DNA from: Trichosphaerium sp. ATCC 40318
Taxonomy: Eukaryota; Protista; Tubulinea
Length of the DNA stretch: 64,000 nucleotides
Assembly: GCA_038496445.1 (NCBI GenBank)
Contig: JALMLS010000354.1
Span: 1 to 64,000 of the forward strand
Direction: 5' to 3'
Shown: one piece after another, positions 35,898-49,874 of the stretch
Layout of the letters: the number at the start of each line of letters is the position of its first letter
Position numbering within the stretch: the stretch's first letter is position 1
Position numbers and translations under genes: made by a program
The notes under the pieces: generated by a model
What the model saw: only the letters and a program-made list of their open reading frames with translations
The model's database searches: none
What the model was told of the DNA's origin: nothing

Positions 35898-38471
35898 TTA
35901 CTGCTGCGCACAAAGTGTGTTATGATGCTTACTATCAACGGACATAGCATAACCACGTTTGAATTCATAAATAAGGACAGCTAAGCTCTTTTCATCCACA
36001 TTTTTAGCGAGATTGTGTGTCGTCTAAGGCAAAGACATTAATTTCAATTCCAACAGAGAAAAAAAAGCTGTAAAAAAAAAAAAACTGTTGCTTGACAGCT
36101 CTAATGCTCACCTCAAAAGGATCTTCAACAGCCAAAAAATAATGAAGCTTCTCTTCATCCTTCTCTAGTGTCCATTCCTTCTCAGTTTTGCTCAAACGCT
36201 TACCATACTTTACACTAACAACAGAATTTTGATAATCAAAATCATACGCATACTGTCTAAAAAATCCTGCAACCAATCTTCCCGTAGACTCTCTATTGGC
36301 TCCAAAAGATACACGCACTTTTCTAATGTCTGTGTAATAAGAACAATCAAAACCTGAAATCTCAACATGTTCCATATCATCTTTATGATATGATTGAAGA
36401 CAAGGAAGAACTGGAGAAGGTAACATTTGAAGGTAGTTGATGCACATCATAACCAAGCAATAAGACGATAACGTTCCTTCAAATACACTATTTATAGACC
36501 GTGCTCGAGCCCAAAATTTTAAAAAGTACGCTATAAAAAAAGAAGATAAGAAGACTGAACCAAAAAACCAGAAACAAAAAGTTTCAAAAAAAAAAATGTG
36601 TAAAATCGAAAACGCACCAAGCTGTTGTGCACGTGTGTCTACAAGCATATAATCCCTAACTAAGTTTGTGTTCTGTACAGCAAGCCTATTATTAAGGCAA
36701 ATATCACAAGATAACCTGGTATCAGCATCTACAATCTTGACAATAGGTACACGTGCACGATGTAAATCCATCACCTTTGTAACGGAATCCTCTAAAAATG
36801 TTTGGTCAGAAAACGCTAATGAAACACGTGAAACGCACCTTTACGCAATCTCTCGGCCATATCATGAATAACATCAGAATACTCTTCTGGTTTTACTTTA
36901 AGTTTAAATACAGTGACATCTATTACAAAAAAAAGTCAGCGAAAGTCGTGATCACTTTAGAAAACGAGAATATTCAACAAACGAAAAAATGATGATGTAA
37001 TCGTACCTAGGTCAGCACTTCTCATACCCAACCCTGACGCTGTAGAACCAAAAGGTTTCACTTGTGGACCTTGATCTTCATACCATTGGTTCATCCACTT
37101 TTGGAGTTTCTCAAGCAACTGTTTCCACTTTGCTTTGTCCTGGTCTGTTGCTTTTCTCCTGTTAAATACTTTGGCAACCTGTGTCGACAGCTGATCACTT
37201 GTCAACCTGTCTACAGATACCTTCTCTTTAGGTCTATGCCAAGGCATAGGCTTCCACCCACCACCTTGTATACGTTCGTCTACTGTCCTTAAAGCACCTC
37301 TGCCTCTGCCACGACCGCGAACTGAGTTCTTTCTCTTCTTATTTGTATTTTTAGCATTATCTATGCCTCTGTCCTTGTCAATCCATCGCTTGCCTTTTTT
37401 GCCCTTGTTCTTGTTTCCACTACGATCTTGGCCTTGTCTACCTTGTTGACCTTGTCGTCCTCGTCCTCCTCGACCTTGGCCTTGATTTTGACGACCATTA
37501 TTATTTGAAGCAGGCTTGGTTCGTCCTCCTTTGTTTTGTGTCTGCTTTCTTTGGTTACCTCCTTTTTTGTTTGATTGCGTGGGTGCCGCTCCAAGTTTAG
37601 GATAATCAGAATCTAGTTTATCTTGCTTTCCACGCTGCTTAACCGGTTCTGCACCCAAGCTTGGAAAAGAAATGTCATCAACAGCAATCACATTCTGTTG
37701 CTCTTTTGGATGCGATTGTTCCGGCTGCCTCTTCTTTACTTCCTTCTTACCACGCCCCTTATTATTGTTGCGTCTCTGGCCTTTTTGTTGACCTTGTTTT
37801 CCTTGCTTAGATTGCTTTCCTTGTTGTTTTGCATGTTGCCCTTTTGATCCCTGTTGTTGCTTTTGCTGTTTTTGTTGTTTTGGATCTTTTTTTGGTTGTT
37901 CATTTTCCTTGACAGGTTTCGGTACAACCTCTCCCTGTTGTGATCCTTTCTTCACTTGGACTTCATTTGATTGTTGTTGCGTTAATACCACTGGTTCTGG
38001 CGGAGTAACAAGTCGTGGAGACTCCCTTTTTTGTAACTCTTGAATACCTTTACTTACAATCGCTTGAACATCAAATGGTTCCGCAGCTTGTTGTTCATTA
38101 CCATCCTTTTCATTAGCGTTTTGTCTGCTCCCGTGCTGATTTTCGCCCGTCTCAGAGAGTGAAGCAGGGTTCATCTGACCCTCAATATCGGCCAAAGAGA
38201 ATGTACCTTTTAAATGAACTAAAGGAGGTCCAGGACGTGGCGGCATCATACCAGGAGGAAATGGAGGCATATGACCATGAGGAGACATATGGGGAGGTCC
38301 ATGAAAACCTTGCATAGGAGGCCAACCATAACCTGGAGGCGGTCGAGAGAAGTTGCCTGGTGGAGGTCCATAAGGTTGATAGAACTGTTGAGGAGGCCAT
38401 GCATTGAAACCAGGAGGTGGAGAAGGGTGACCAGTCCGATCCTGAGGTTGTTGATGGCTATTAGGATGCAT
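35898..38471 (-). CDS. Cid1/URT1-type terminal uridylyltransferase with long disordered N-terminus (multi-exon)
   Basis: PFGSTASGLGMRSADL(D), ARVPIVK, CDICLNN, GTLSSY, and EDPFE-TTHNLA with His at the position equivalent to the Cid1 UTP-selecting His. Confidence 0.88.
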
Positions 38472-39280
38472 GGGTATTCCTTTATTTAAGAGTGTTAGCA
38501 GATGACAAAAAAAGGAAAGAAGTGTTAATTTAAGTAAGAGACGTGGCCACACGCCAATTGTGGCGAAAAAAAAAAAATCGTGTTTGGGAAACGGGTGTTA
38601 AAAATGAAAGTAGCGCGCTAGCGTAGGAATAGTGCATAGCTACAACCATTTCAAGCGCGATAAAGCGTGTTGTGACACTTTTGCTTAAAACGGTAAATTA
38701 ATGCGTTTGATGCGTACTTGGATCGAGGGGAAGTGGTAAATTGAACAGCTGGCTCAAAAATGATTGGTCTCCTGGACGTAGGTTTTCGAAACCATAAAGC
38801 GCCAGTAGCGATCGTATAGCGCCAGGGTGTTCCTTTTTGATCGGTTAAACATGGTATGGGTTTAGTGTTTACGTACTTGCTGAAAAACTGTCGGAAGCCA
38901 CGTTAAATAAGTTCCGTGCGTCTCAGCGCCGATTGGCAACTTTTTTTGTAGCAAGATAAGATTACCCTTTTCAATACTCTGTAAGCTCTTGCAGCACTAT
39001 CAAACTAACATTACGACCACAAACAGGTTACGCTAAGTACCTGTGTGTTATTACTTGCGTATGTTATCCTAAAAACAGGACTAGGTACGCTTTGTTCCAT
39101 TCAATAGCTTATGAGCTGATAGGAATACGTTATGCCTTAAATTCTGTAAGTCGCAACAAGTGACACTTGACACAAATGTCTGATATTCTATTGTACGCGA
39201 TAGAAACCACTAGCAAACCTCACAAACAAAAAACTGTAGACAAGCGGGTAGATAATATAGAATCTATTCTAACAAGCTTT

Positions 39281-42200
39281 TTATCTCTTACCAGCCGGTT
39301 GCGTGGCCGAACGAGCTGCGTCAAACATGTAACCAGGTAGATAGCCTTTTTGTATAAAAATGTTAGTCGTCAACGCAGACAAATAATTTATGTCTTGTAC
39401 CTTCTACTACGCGACGAGAAAGACCACTGAACTTGCAAAAGTCTTCCAAAAAAATGATTGTATTTGATAGCTCAACAGGAAAGTTACCTTTATCCCTTGC
39501 CCTTTGGCTAAAAAAAAAGGATACACATTAGAAATGAGGCCAAAAAAAAAAGAAAAGAAAAAAAAAAGATCTGACGTCAACAGTCGTTTTCTTATTTGTT
39601 GGTACGTACGCGCCAATTGCAAACTCGGTATTCGCACGAACATACTGACCCAAGAAGCTTAAAAATTTTTGTGTGTTTATGGAATGAAACTGCTTGAGCA
39701 CTGTAATAATACCAACTAAAAACGCTGTAGCATCTATAGCATTCTTACTCGTCTTAGGCATCAACAATCCTAGATATTCTTTAAGTCAACCACAAAAAAT
39801 CACAAATACGTCATTTTTGGTTTAAATATCCAAAATAATCCTTTTTACGTACCCAAGTGGCGGTTGTATACATATTTCGGCATTTGAGAAATAACATTAA
39901 GCGCAAGAATTAATGAAAAATTTTCAATTGGGTCAGTTGTCATGTAAATCTTAGCGAATGGGTTATGTAAGCCAGAGTGCTCAACGTATTTAGCAACTTC
40001 TCCGAGGAGGGGGTTATCTTCAGCAGGATAAGGCTTTTCATCAGGACTACAGAGATGTGAGTAATCAAAAAAATCAATTGCTCCAAAAAAAGGAGCCTGA
40101 AATGAGTGTGTTCGTACTTTCTGTAGTGAGCGCGAACATCAGTTATTAGAGCTTTATTCATAATATCTAATGCGTTACACAGCATATTAGACTCAAGTTT
40201 GCATGAAAACTATATATCTCTGTAAGTATTGAACTGAAGAACAAATTTTCAAAGAAAAAAAAAAAAGATAAAATGATAGATACCTTGAGCATGTTCGAGA
40301 TTTGCCGACGTATTAATTGTTTTTGTCCTAGAGCTGATACAGCATTTGTCATAGGAGTCCAGAACTTGGCAGTATCTATAATTTATCGATAAGAAAGAAT
40401 GTTTGACATGTCTAAGTACTAATACCTTTAACAACTTGTTGGTAAATTTTATCTCCATTTTTAGGAATGTTGGTTGTTGGATTTAGCGCCTTTCCAGCCG
40501 CTACGATTTTAACGCCATAACGTGCTTTGGTCTAAAAGGTATTAGTGTAAAGTTAAATAACAAAATAGGCTTACAAGTTCGCGAAGCTGTGTCGCAAGTT
40601 GGCCAAGATCACGAGCCATACGGAAGCATAAAAGTCTGTCGAGTCCAGTGATACCAAACACACCGATAGCACGTTGCATCAGAGAAAGTGTTTTTATGCC
40701 AACTAACTCTCTACCACTAGTGTCATACCAACCACTAAGCCTGTCCAAGAATATAGTTTTGGAGAACCTAAACAGACAAAGTTAGTTAGTTCCACACTAA
40801 CACATGACTTATTTTTATTGTCTTACCCAGTGTGCAACAGCAACTCTTGACATAAACGTCCAATGAAGTTTACATTAGAGTCAATAGGCGGTAGTACAGG
40901 TATAGGTATCGTTTCCGATTGGTACATTGATTGCCATGAGAATATCTTCTTTTTTAAGAACGAATTACATTCCTGGAAATAGTTAGTTATTACCCCAGCG
41001 GATTATGATTAAATTACGCACTTGTTCCACTGCAAAACTGACGATCCTTGAGAACTCTTCTTGCCATATTTTTAATCCATATATAGCTACGTAATCTTGC
41101 ATGTCTTTGTGATAGTCAAAGAAATTTGAGTGTTTAACAAAACAAAGGTAAAAAAAAGAAAGGATACACATAAAAGATTGCTGGAAACCATTCAATTGGA
41201 CAGACAAGGTACGTAATTTGCCCTCAAACTCTTGAATCTTGTGTGACTGAAACACAAGCGTATTGTGCAGAGAGCTATTGAGTCGGTATACAAGCTCTTT
41301 TCTAATTCCGTCTTGTAAGGTAGAGTTAAGGCAACAAAAATAAAAAATAAAAAAACTGAATAAAAAACTAGTCAAAAAGGATATCAAGCATTTGCTTTGG
41401 CTCCACTTCAATTACACCTACAAGAGTAGTAGTCATAGCAAGCATTCCCCGTGTGAAAACAGATATACGATGCGTGAGTTTAGACAGCTTGGCTCTTGTT
41501 TCAAGCTGTGCATACCTAAAACCAGTTTTAGCAAAAAAAGCCAACAACAAAAATTCTCCGCACTTTTCACGGAGTTCATCTTTCTCAACTTGTGTTGGTA
41601 GCTCCTTCATGACAGTTGTTTGGAGTTTGATGATATCATTCAAAATATCAAACATACTCTTAGGCACAACACTGAGTACAGTGCGCACAAATGCTAAGAA
41701 AAAACATTGTTAACATGACTATAGGTCACATGGTCGGAAGAATACGCACCAACAAGTTCGTTTGAATAGTAGTGAGATACAGACACCAAATCATTACTCC
41801 CAGCAGCTAGGATTCTAACTAGAGGTACTTCTAAAGCGTTGGCAAGCTTCAAAAACAGAGAACGCAATTTTACAACAGAATTGGGTTGGCTGCAACATTA
41901 CAATTAGTATTGTACTGATTTAATCATATTGCGTACCTTCTAATACGAGCTTGCATATACTTTACATAGTCTACAATAACATCTCTTGCATAAGCAACAT
42001 CAGTAACAATTTGGAAGATTACAAGCTGATTCTCTGTAACATGTAGAATTCTGATCATTTGTTGAAGTGTTTTACGTGTTTCAATAAGTGATTGTCTGAT
42101 ACGAATATCTGTTTCAATCTAGAAGAAAAAAAAATCCAATGTAAGCCAAGAGCAACATACAAGAAGGACTTGTCAGATCAAGGTTTTCAGGGGGGGTTTT

Positions 42201-44711
42201 TTTCAATTGAAAACAAGTTTGTACTTGATGAAGTTGTTCGACTTCCTCCAATGCTTGAATTAGTTGCTGCATCTTACGACCTGATACTGTTGTATCGTTA
42301 TAATCTAATTCGATAATCTAAGACCATTTTAGTTTATGCGTCATGTTCAGCAGTAAGTACTTACTTGTTTCGAGATTTCACTAAACCAGTTTTTTAAACC
42401 ATCATTAGTTGTTACTTTAATCAGTTCACCATATTCTCCACCGAAGACTTTACCCAAATCAGCAGCTCTATTTTATACAAAACATAAGTAAATTGAGCAT
42501 CACAGAGAAGTAAGAAAAAAAACGCACTTGTCGCTACTCTCTTTCTTCAATTTGTTCCATTTTTCTTCTTTTGTCCTCAAAAAATCCAAAAAAGCGTTTT
42601 TCAAAATAAACTCAAACTGTGCTGTATTGAGCAACAATAACAACAACTTGCTCTTGTCCATGCCTTTGATACTCAATTAATAATCAAGTAATAGCGAATA
42701 AAGAAAGATGTACCCTTGTTCATAATATCAGCAATCTTGGCATTGCAAGTTGTGTTTGTGTCTTTTCTGAAGTCAAGGAAATTGAAATACAAAATCCAAT
42801 GGTGCTAAAAGAAAAAAAAAACAAAGAAAAAGAAGGATACGCAAGATGAGCCATCTCAGGGTTGCATTACAATCGCGAAGTACACCCATAAGAGTATTTC
42901 GTTTCTGTAGGATAAATCGCTCTACGAGGACACCTTCACTCAATAGACCTCCCTCACCTATAACTTAGTTAACAACATGTTTGGAAAATGAAAAAAAAAA
43001 ACAAGTCAGTACCCATCAACACTTTTAACATCTCAGCTCCTTTTCTCAAGTGTAATGCTTTCAATTTAGTGACATTTTCAGGTCTCAATGTATTCGCTAA
43101 TGCGTTCTTTGCAGCAGTATAAGGAGCCCTTGATACCAAGAAATTAATACAATGGAGACCTACTTTTTCGAATACAAATTTGTCTTACCAGGCACTTCCC
43201 AAGTCAACAATGAAACCTAGATAATAGACAATAACCCAATTATCTGGAAAGTGCTTATCTACAATCTCACGCATGATAGCCTATCATAAAATTTAGGTTG
43301 GTACGGTGAATACACCAACAAAAAATTAAACAAAAAAGAATGACGCACTGGCTCTTCATTTAGTATGTCTGGAGCAAAATATAGAATGATGTAAAGCATT
43401 TGTGCTTGAGTTGACAAAGCAGTTGATCTATGCATTGGTTTTGGATATGCCTAGAAAATGTCATTAGCTGTGAAACAGTATTTTCGAGAATTTACAAAAA
43501 AATGAAAGAAAACCGAAGAATTGCTTACTTGGACGTAGTTATAAATGTCATCTGTTCTTAACCGTGCGACAATCATCTCAACTACCTAGCAAACAAAGTG
43601 GTAAGTATAAACACAAAGAAATATAAACGCGAATTGGAGTACCTTCTTTGGAACGCTAACACGTGAGAAGTACATTTCAGGATACTTTGCTGGTCTCTTC
43701 CTGCCCTTTTTCGCGTTTTCAGCATACCCTGTTCTCGCGCAAAGCTTACAAACTTCATCAATAAGCATGACTTCATTGGAACCCTAAAATAAAAGCAGTT
43801 AGACATGCTCACTTGTTTAACTTTAATCGAACATTTTTTACGTGTCAGTCAATAGGTTGTAACGTACAATGTATCTCAAGTATGAAATAAGCATACGCTC
43901 CCTTACAACACCAGGTATACGAAGATCGAGAAGGATAAGCATAACACCAAATAGGTATAAACCCTCTGTTATTAATTGTTTACCATCAGAGTCAGTCAAA
44001 ACATTCTAAAGCGAAAGTAAACAAAAAAAAAGCAACATGTGCCAAACAATAAAAAAAAAAAGGATTTTTGATTTCCCACGTGATTGAAACGTACTTCAAG
44101 TGTTTGTTGTATATAAATGCCTTGCTCTATATCCTCAAGCCATTGTACATAATCAGTCACATACTTGTAGATACTCTCAAATAGAAGGTAAAACCTCTTG
44201 AGAATCTCCATATGATTTTCTTTAAACTCTGCGTCTAGTTCTAACAGTTCCTTTTGTCAAGTGAAGGAGAATAATTTTTTTTTTTGGATTTTTTTTTATC
44301 AGCGTTAAAAACGCTGCGAGTCAATTTTATGAGCGTAAAAAAATCAAATGGTAGCGCTGAAGCAGCTTCTGAAAAGTTTGGAATCAACAAAACATTTTGA
44401 AACAAACTTTTCGCTAGAATGTTTCTTGAGTCTTAATCGTTGTTCAGGATACGGCACTGTTCTCTATAATTTGTTCCATGCGATCTGAGTCTTGTACGTA
44501 TTCAAACGCAAACAGAATTTTCTCATACTTTCTGGTAGGGTTCTTCAGTAGTGGTGGGATGTGTGCTGAGAGTCTCAGTAACTCTGCGATTATTGAGTTA
44601 CCACGCGACACAATGCGTAATATCGTCTGCCCACAAACATTTGAGTTATCTAGAGGGATTTTAGAGCGGTGACACGCTATTAAAAACGTTTTCAGTACCT
44701 AAGAATTGCAT
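39281..44711 (-). CDS. WASHC5: Strumpellin, WASH complex subunit 5 (many exons)
   Basis: [62 protein letters not shown]. Confidence 0.96.
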
Positions 44712-44861
44712 AGCTATCAAACAAGCTTCAATACATTAAAAAACGCGGTGTGGATGTCTCGTTAACGTGAAATTTGAGGCGTGACTTGTTACTCTGATTA
44801 AGTGTTGTGCCATTGCTACGCAACTCTATATTGCCACACAATAGGCAAATGACACAACGTA

Positions 44862-47353
44862 ATGATACACAATGGAGTACGAGGTGGTTTGACACGCGTT
44901 TGTAGTAAAAAGCGTTACTGTCGTTTAACGTTGAAAAAGGTACCTTTACGCATGTTTATACGCCAGAAGGAACAGTTACAGTAACAATAAATCATAGAAA
45001 GCAGCAAAACGTTCTTCCACGCGTTCGATTACCACTAGAAAACAGTTTCAACGCCATTGTAAACATTTTAACAAAGTTACACAACAACTTGGCATTACTG
45101 ACCTAGATGAATGGTACAACATTCGAGCATCAGATATAAAGCATATTTTATCTAACGCAGTACTTCAGAGGTACCATAAACAACCTTGAGCGTAAATACA
45201 ATTAATTTCTGTCCTCCCTTATCACTTCATTGTAGCTATGGTAACTCAATTGCTGAGGCTGTAACAACGATATATCCTTGCCATCATTGGCAATTTTGGC
45301 GTTTTGAGCACGTGATTTTCATAGGTGCTTGTAAATAACATTTTCTTTTTTTAGGACTTGTCCTCGAGATAAATGGCAAAGAATTGATTGTCAGCGTCAT
45401 TTTCTTGATGTTATGAGTATCAAACTAGGCTTCAAGAATCTTCAGGATTGGTACAATGCCAGCGGTGAATTAATCAAAATGCATGGAGGTTATACGATGC
45501 TGGATAAGTGTTATAATGGATCATTGTACGAAGCTCTGGTAACCATCTATCCCGAATACAAATGGAAACCTTGGAAATTCAGGCATGCACGCTTCAAGGC
45601 AATTAAACCTTTTGACAATCAACTTATTTTTCATAGATTTGTTGCAAAGTTATTTTGGGAGAATGTAGCAGTACAAAGGGAGTTCATGACAGATATAGAA
45701 CAGAACTTGATGATTAAGGTGTTGGATGACTTCTACAACTTGAACTCTGCGAATATAATAGAACACGGTGGCATTGGGCTACTGCAACAGTACGCTCTAT
45801 ACGATCTTTATGATAGTAATAACATATACATTTTGTTATAGGTATGAAGGGTCTTTAATGAAGATACTACAGGCTTTGTATCCTTTGAGCAAATGGCACA
45901 AGCGGCTATTCAAGTACATTGATTTTTCTTCAGTCGTTATTACATGTTGATGACACTCACAGGAAGAAGTCAGAAAAGCGCATCGTAGACGCTCACAGGC
46001 GTATATTCGAACAAGCAGGTGTTAAACTACGCATACATGAGCTAGATGAGTGGTATAGCATTAATTCTGCAGATATTGCTGACATAGGATTGGATACCTT
46101 CCTGCACTCTAAGTAAACACAATCTTACATTTCAGGTGTCTTAACAACATACATAGATATTCAGCCTCGTTGGCAAGAGGTCTCAGTGCTGCTTTTCCTT
46201 TTCATCCATGGAATTGGAGCTTGTTGGAGTATGTAACCAAGAATAAACTGAGTGTCCTGAGCTTTGTTTTAGAAGTAGAGCACCCCAAGGATACTGGAAC
46301 GATGATGCTCACTTGATAAGTTTTCTGCGTAGGATAGCACCCTCATTGAATGTTATCGAGGCAACGGACTGGTAAGCGATAATGAAGTATGTTTTGACAG
46401 CGCTTACAAAAGATAGGTATAGAGTGTCGAGAAATCAGCTCGTTGCTACAGGAGGTAAGATGCTTTTAATTTTAAAGCTTTTGCAACTCATTAAAAATGT
46501 TGTCTAGCCGCTTCTCAGATGAGCAAATATCCTAAAATCCTAGCAGTAATGCACCCTGAGGTTGATTGGGATTGGGAACGTTTTAGCATAAAAGACAAAC
46601 GTACAGTACAAAGGTACTATTCACAGTTTTTGTGCTTCCAGAATGGACTATAAAGTTATAATTTTTTGTATCTTTTGATCTGACGTGTATTCCTTCTCAG
46701 AGAGCTTGCATTTGCCGTCAAATCTTTATTACCTCATCAAGTTATTATTGAGGAAGAACACCTGCATTATGGAGACTTCGGTTTCTATTTGGATATTTAC
46801 ATTCCTGACTTGAAACTGGCTTTGGAGTATCAAGGTTTTTAGCTTTTTTTTAACCTCAGCTAACATTGTATCCTAAGGAGAGCAACACTACCATGACAGT
46901 GGGTATTTTGGAAGCGTTTATATGTATCAAACACGTGATGTTGAGAAGAAACGAGTTTGTGAAGCATTTGGTATGAACTTGGCTTTTTTACTTTCAAGAA
47001 AAAACTTCTGTGTTCACCAGTTAATGTTTTCTAGACGTCACAGTTGTACCCATACCATATTGGTGGAAAGGCACAGTCGGTGAAATAGCTGCAACAATTC
47101 GTCAATACAGGCACGTGATTACTTCGAGGTTATATAGCCTAACAAATAACAAAACCAGACCTGAAATCCAGTTCAGTATTGAAGCTACTACACCATTGAT
47201 CAAAATACCTTACAACAAGTCGTTTGCACTTGAACGTACGTTCTTAGTTGTTCGCCATGGTAATGACTTATCAAATAAATTCAAGAGACAAATGTCAAGC
47301 CCATGATGAGTCCTCTTCTTGAGCATGATGTAAAGGTAAACAGATGCCACTAA
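44862..47353 (+). CDS. DWY/YP-W tandem-repeat protein with C-terminal PD-(D/E)XK (Vsr/DUF559-like) domain, paralogue B (5 repeat units; 3' end 47306 or 47353)
   Basis: Basic N-terminus; repeats such as LQDWYNASGELIKMHGGYTMLDKCYNGSLYEALVTIYPEYKWKPWKF. C-domain YLDIYIPDLKLALEYQGEQHY...RDVEKKRVC...VVPIPYWW. Confidence 0.85.
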
Positions 47354-47437
47354 ACATTACTTGCATATTTTATACAGAGAAACAAACGATTGAAGTGTAC
47401 TACTACTGTAAACATATATTGTACTTTTGTCTTCAAC

Positions 47438-48078
47438 AAACTTCTTTTGGCCAATCTCTTTTCCAGTCACAAACAGGAAAACTAGTGTTAACACTAAAAG
47501 TTTCTGCGCCTACAAATACTTCCATATCGAAGTCAATAGGAGTCATAAAACGCGTGGCATTATAGTTGTGTTCCATAGTTCAAGGTAAAGCGCGATGATA
47601 AAAAGATCACCAATATAAATCTCAAGTTGCACAATGTTGTCTCCGTTGCATCTTCCAAATGATATTCAATCATATCTATGCACTTTCAACAAGGAAACAT
47701 TTACAAAGTCAAAGGCATCTGCACCAAAATATCGAGCCATTGACATTGGGTATCTAATGAAATACTTGTAAACACCTGCGATTGCGTATCAGTATCGTTA
47801 TTAACTGCCATAAAATAATAGACACTCGAAACGGTAGCCACGTTTAAGAATAACAGTGTTTGTTTTATGCATCTTTTTTGATGGACTTCAACAAGTGCTT
47901 TGTCAAAAAACAGTCTGAATCGCTTTTTGCAAGTAAGGCACTGTAGCGCATTGCGTGTATGTCTTGAAGTGTTTACAAATGACGTGTTGATACACAATAT
48001 ACAGTTTCTTGTTTTTTGGAAAAGGACTTAGCCAAGCTGCGGTTAATAAAAAGCTTCAAGATATGAGATATACTTCAT
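47438..48078 (-). CDS. Hypothetical protein with a possible C2HC zinc finger (exon structure uncertain)
   Basis: CLTCKKRF...VEVHQKRC; plausible GT-AG junctions. Confidence 0.4.
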
Positions 48079-48157
48079 TGCTAGCGAAAATACAGTAAGT
48101 GGCTTAACGAAATCTACTTTTTAGACATACAACGTATCTTACACCAGAACCAGCTAA

Positions 48158-48643
48158 ATGGCAAACGTCGTAGCACAATTAACAAAGTTTATTGGTGCCA
48201 AGTATGCCAACAAGCACGATGAAATAAAACGTTACACCGGTTCATTTGATACTCTGGCTGGTTATACGCTATCAGCTATAGGAACCGTTCAACTATTCGA
48301 CGCTAGCAATGATTCAAGCGAAGAACCGCAACTTGTTGTTGAAGCTAAAGTACCAGTACTGAGAAGAGAATCGTCTTCAAGTTCAGCAAGTAAACCAACG
48401 CGCAAAAGAAAAACAGTTCATAAAGTAAAAGTAGCATCTTCTGCGCAACGACTCTATGATAACCAGGAACGTATTATGGACGACTTATTCTGTCAGGTCT
48501 TCGAAGAGTGGGCTAAGGATCAATCTGACCAACCGTACGCTAGCACACTAAGGATGAAACGTCCAGCATATAAGATTCTATCCTCTCTTTCAAAGAATAA
48601 TCGCACCTCCAGACATAGACATCTCAATAAGCGCTTTAAGTAA
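48158..48643 (+). CDS. Hypothetical protein, 161 aa, single exon
   Basis: ATG-initiated ORF with protein-like composition; no recognised motif. Confidence 0.55.
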   Translation: MANVVAQLTKFIGAKYANKHDEIKRYTGSFDTLAGYTLSAIGTVQLFDASNDSSEEPQLVVEAKVPVLRRESSSSSASKPTRKRKTVHKVKVASSAQRLYDNQERIMDDLFCQVFEEWAKDQSDQPYASTLRMKRPAYKILSSLSKNNRTSRHRHLNKRFK

Positions 48644-48819
48644 GTGCGCTTACTCAGGTCCATGGCTTACTTGGTAAAAACGACTGACTTGTACTCGGGT
48701 GGTGTTGAGCCAAGTTTCTGTTGCATTTCGTGAAATAAAATGAAAACGACTAATTATGTACATGTGATTTTTATTATTATTATTTGACATTTTGAGGAAA
48801 ACCCTTTGAACCCGACATT

Positions 48820-49746
48820 CTATTTAAACTTTAATCTTTTCTTTTGTGGTTTATCATCTTCCTCCTTCTCTGCTTCCTCTGCTTTTTTTGCCTCATACTT
48901 TTTCCTCTTTTTGGCTCTTGTAGAAATCCTCTTTTTACGTTCTCTTTCCTTCTTTTTTCTTGCCATCAGGAGTTGCTTCTTCTTATCTCTTCCTTCTGCA
49001 AATTCTTGAAGTAAATGATTTAAAATAGACTTATCACGGTCCTTGCGCTCCCTTCTACGCTCCTCTACAGTAAAAAGTGAGTAATACACCAATAACTTAA
49101 ATTAGACGCGAAAGCGCCGTACCTTCTTCTATTTTTCTGTTTTGTTCTTCCTCCCACCGCCTACGCTCGTTTTCTCTTAATATATCATCGTGAAAGAAGT
49201 GATCAGAATCGGATGATCGTGAATCGTCCGATCTGTAGCCTCTTTCGTCTCTGTCCCACTTTTTCTGTTCGAAATCGACCATAGAGTTAGGATCATATAC
49301 ACCTCCTCTAATTTCAGTTAGTTTAACGGTTTTTGAGAGCAATGTAACGTACTTTACAAATTGACGATATTTTTCTGATTTTTCGCGAAGTTTTTTTTCT
49401 GAGTTATCAATGCTTTTTTCTGTGCGTTTGAGCTTTAGTTTATCCTGTTTATCTCTTTCGAAGACACCTACAGTACTTTTAATTAAAATGCCAACAAATT
49501 AGTAACGCTTTCGGTTAAAAGTGCGTATTTTGATTTCACGGCGCGTTACCTCTATTACTCTTCGCAAAAGGATCCCGTACGGCTTGTTTGACCGGTTTCT
49601 CACCAGCTTGAGCAGCAGCGAGTACAGCCTTCAAGGCTATCACCTACACAGTGTTAGGTTTGTTTGCTACAAATATTTGTAAATTTACGTACAGATGTTG
49701 TATTCACGCCAGTAATAACCTTGGCCTTTTTCCATGTGGAAGACAT
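48820..49746 (-). CDS. CCDC174: CCDC174-like coiled-coil protein (multi-exon)
   Basis: SVIALKAVL...NRGVFERDKQD...SEKKLREKSEKY...MVDFEQK pattern; charged coiled-coil C-terminus. Confidence 0.65.
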
Positions 49747-49874
49747 GGCGATTGATGCCTTAGCTGGTAGAATTTGATGGTGCCTTATCAAACGTTGCTT
49801 TAGTTAGACTCAATCAACCAATAACCTCGCAACCAGCATAGCGTTCGCATATTTTGCGAGCGGTTGCAGTACAA

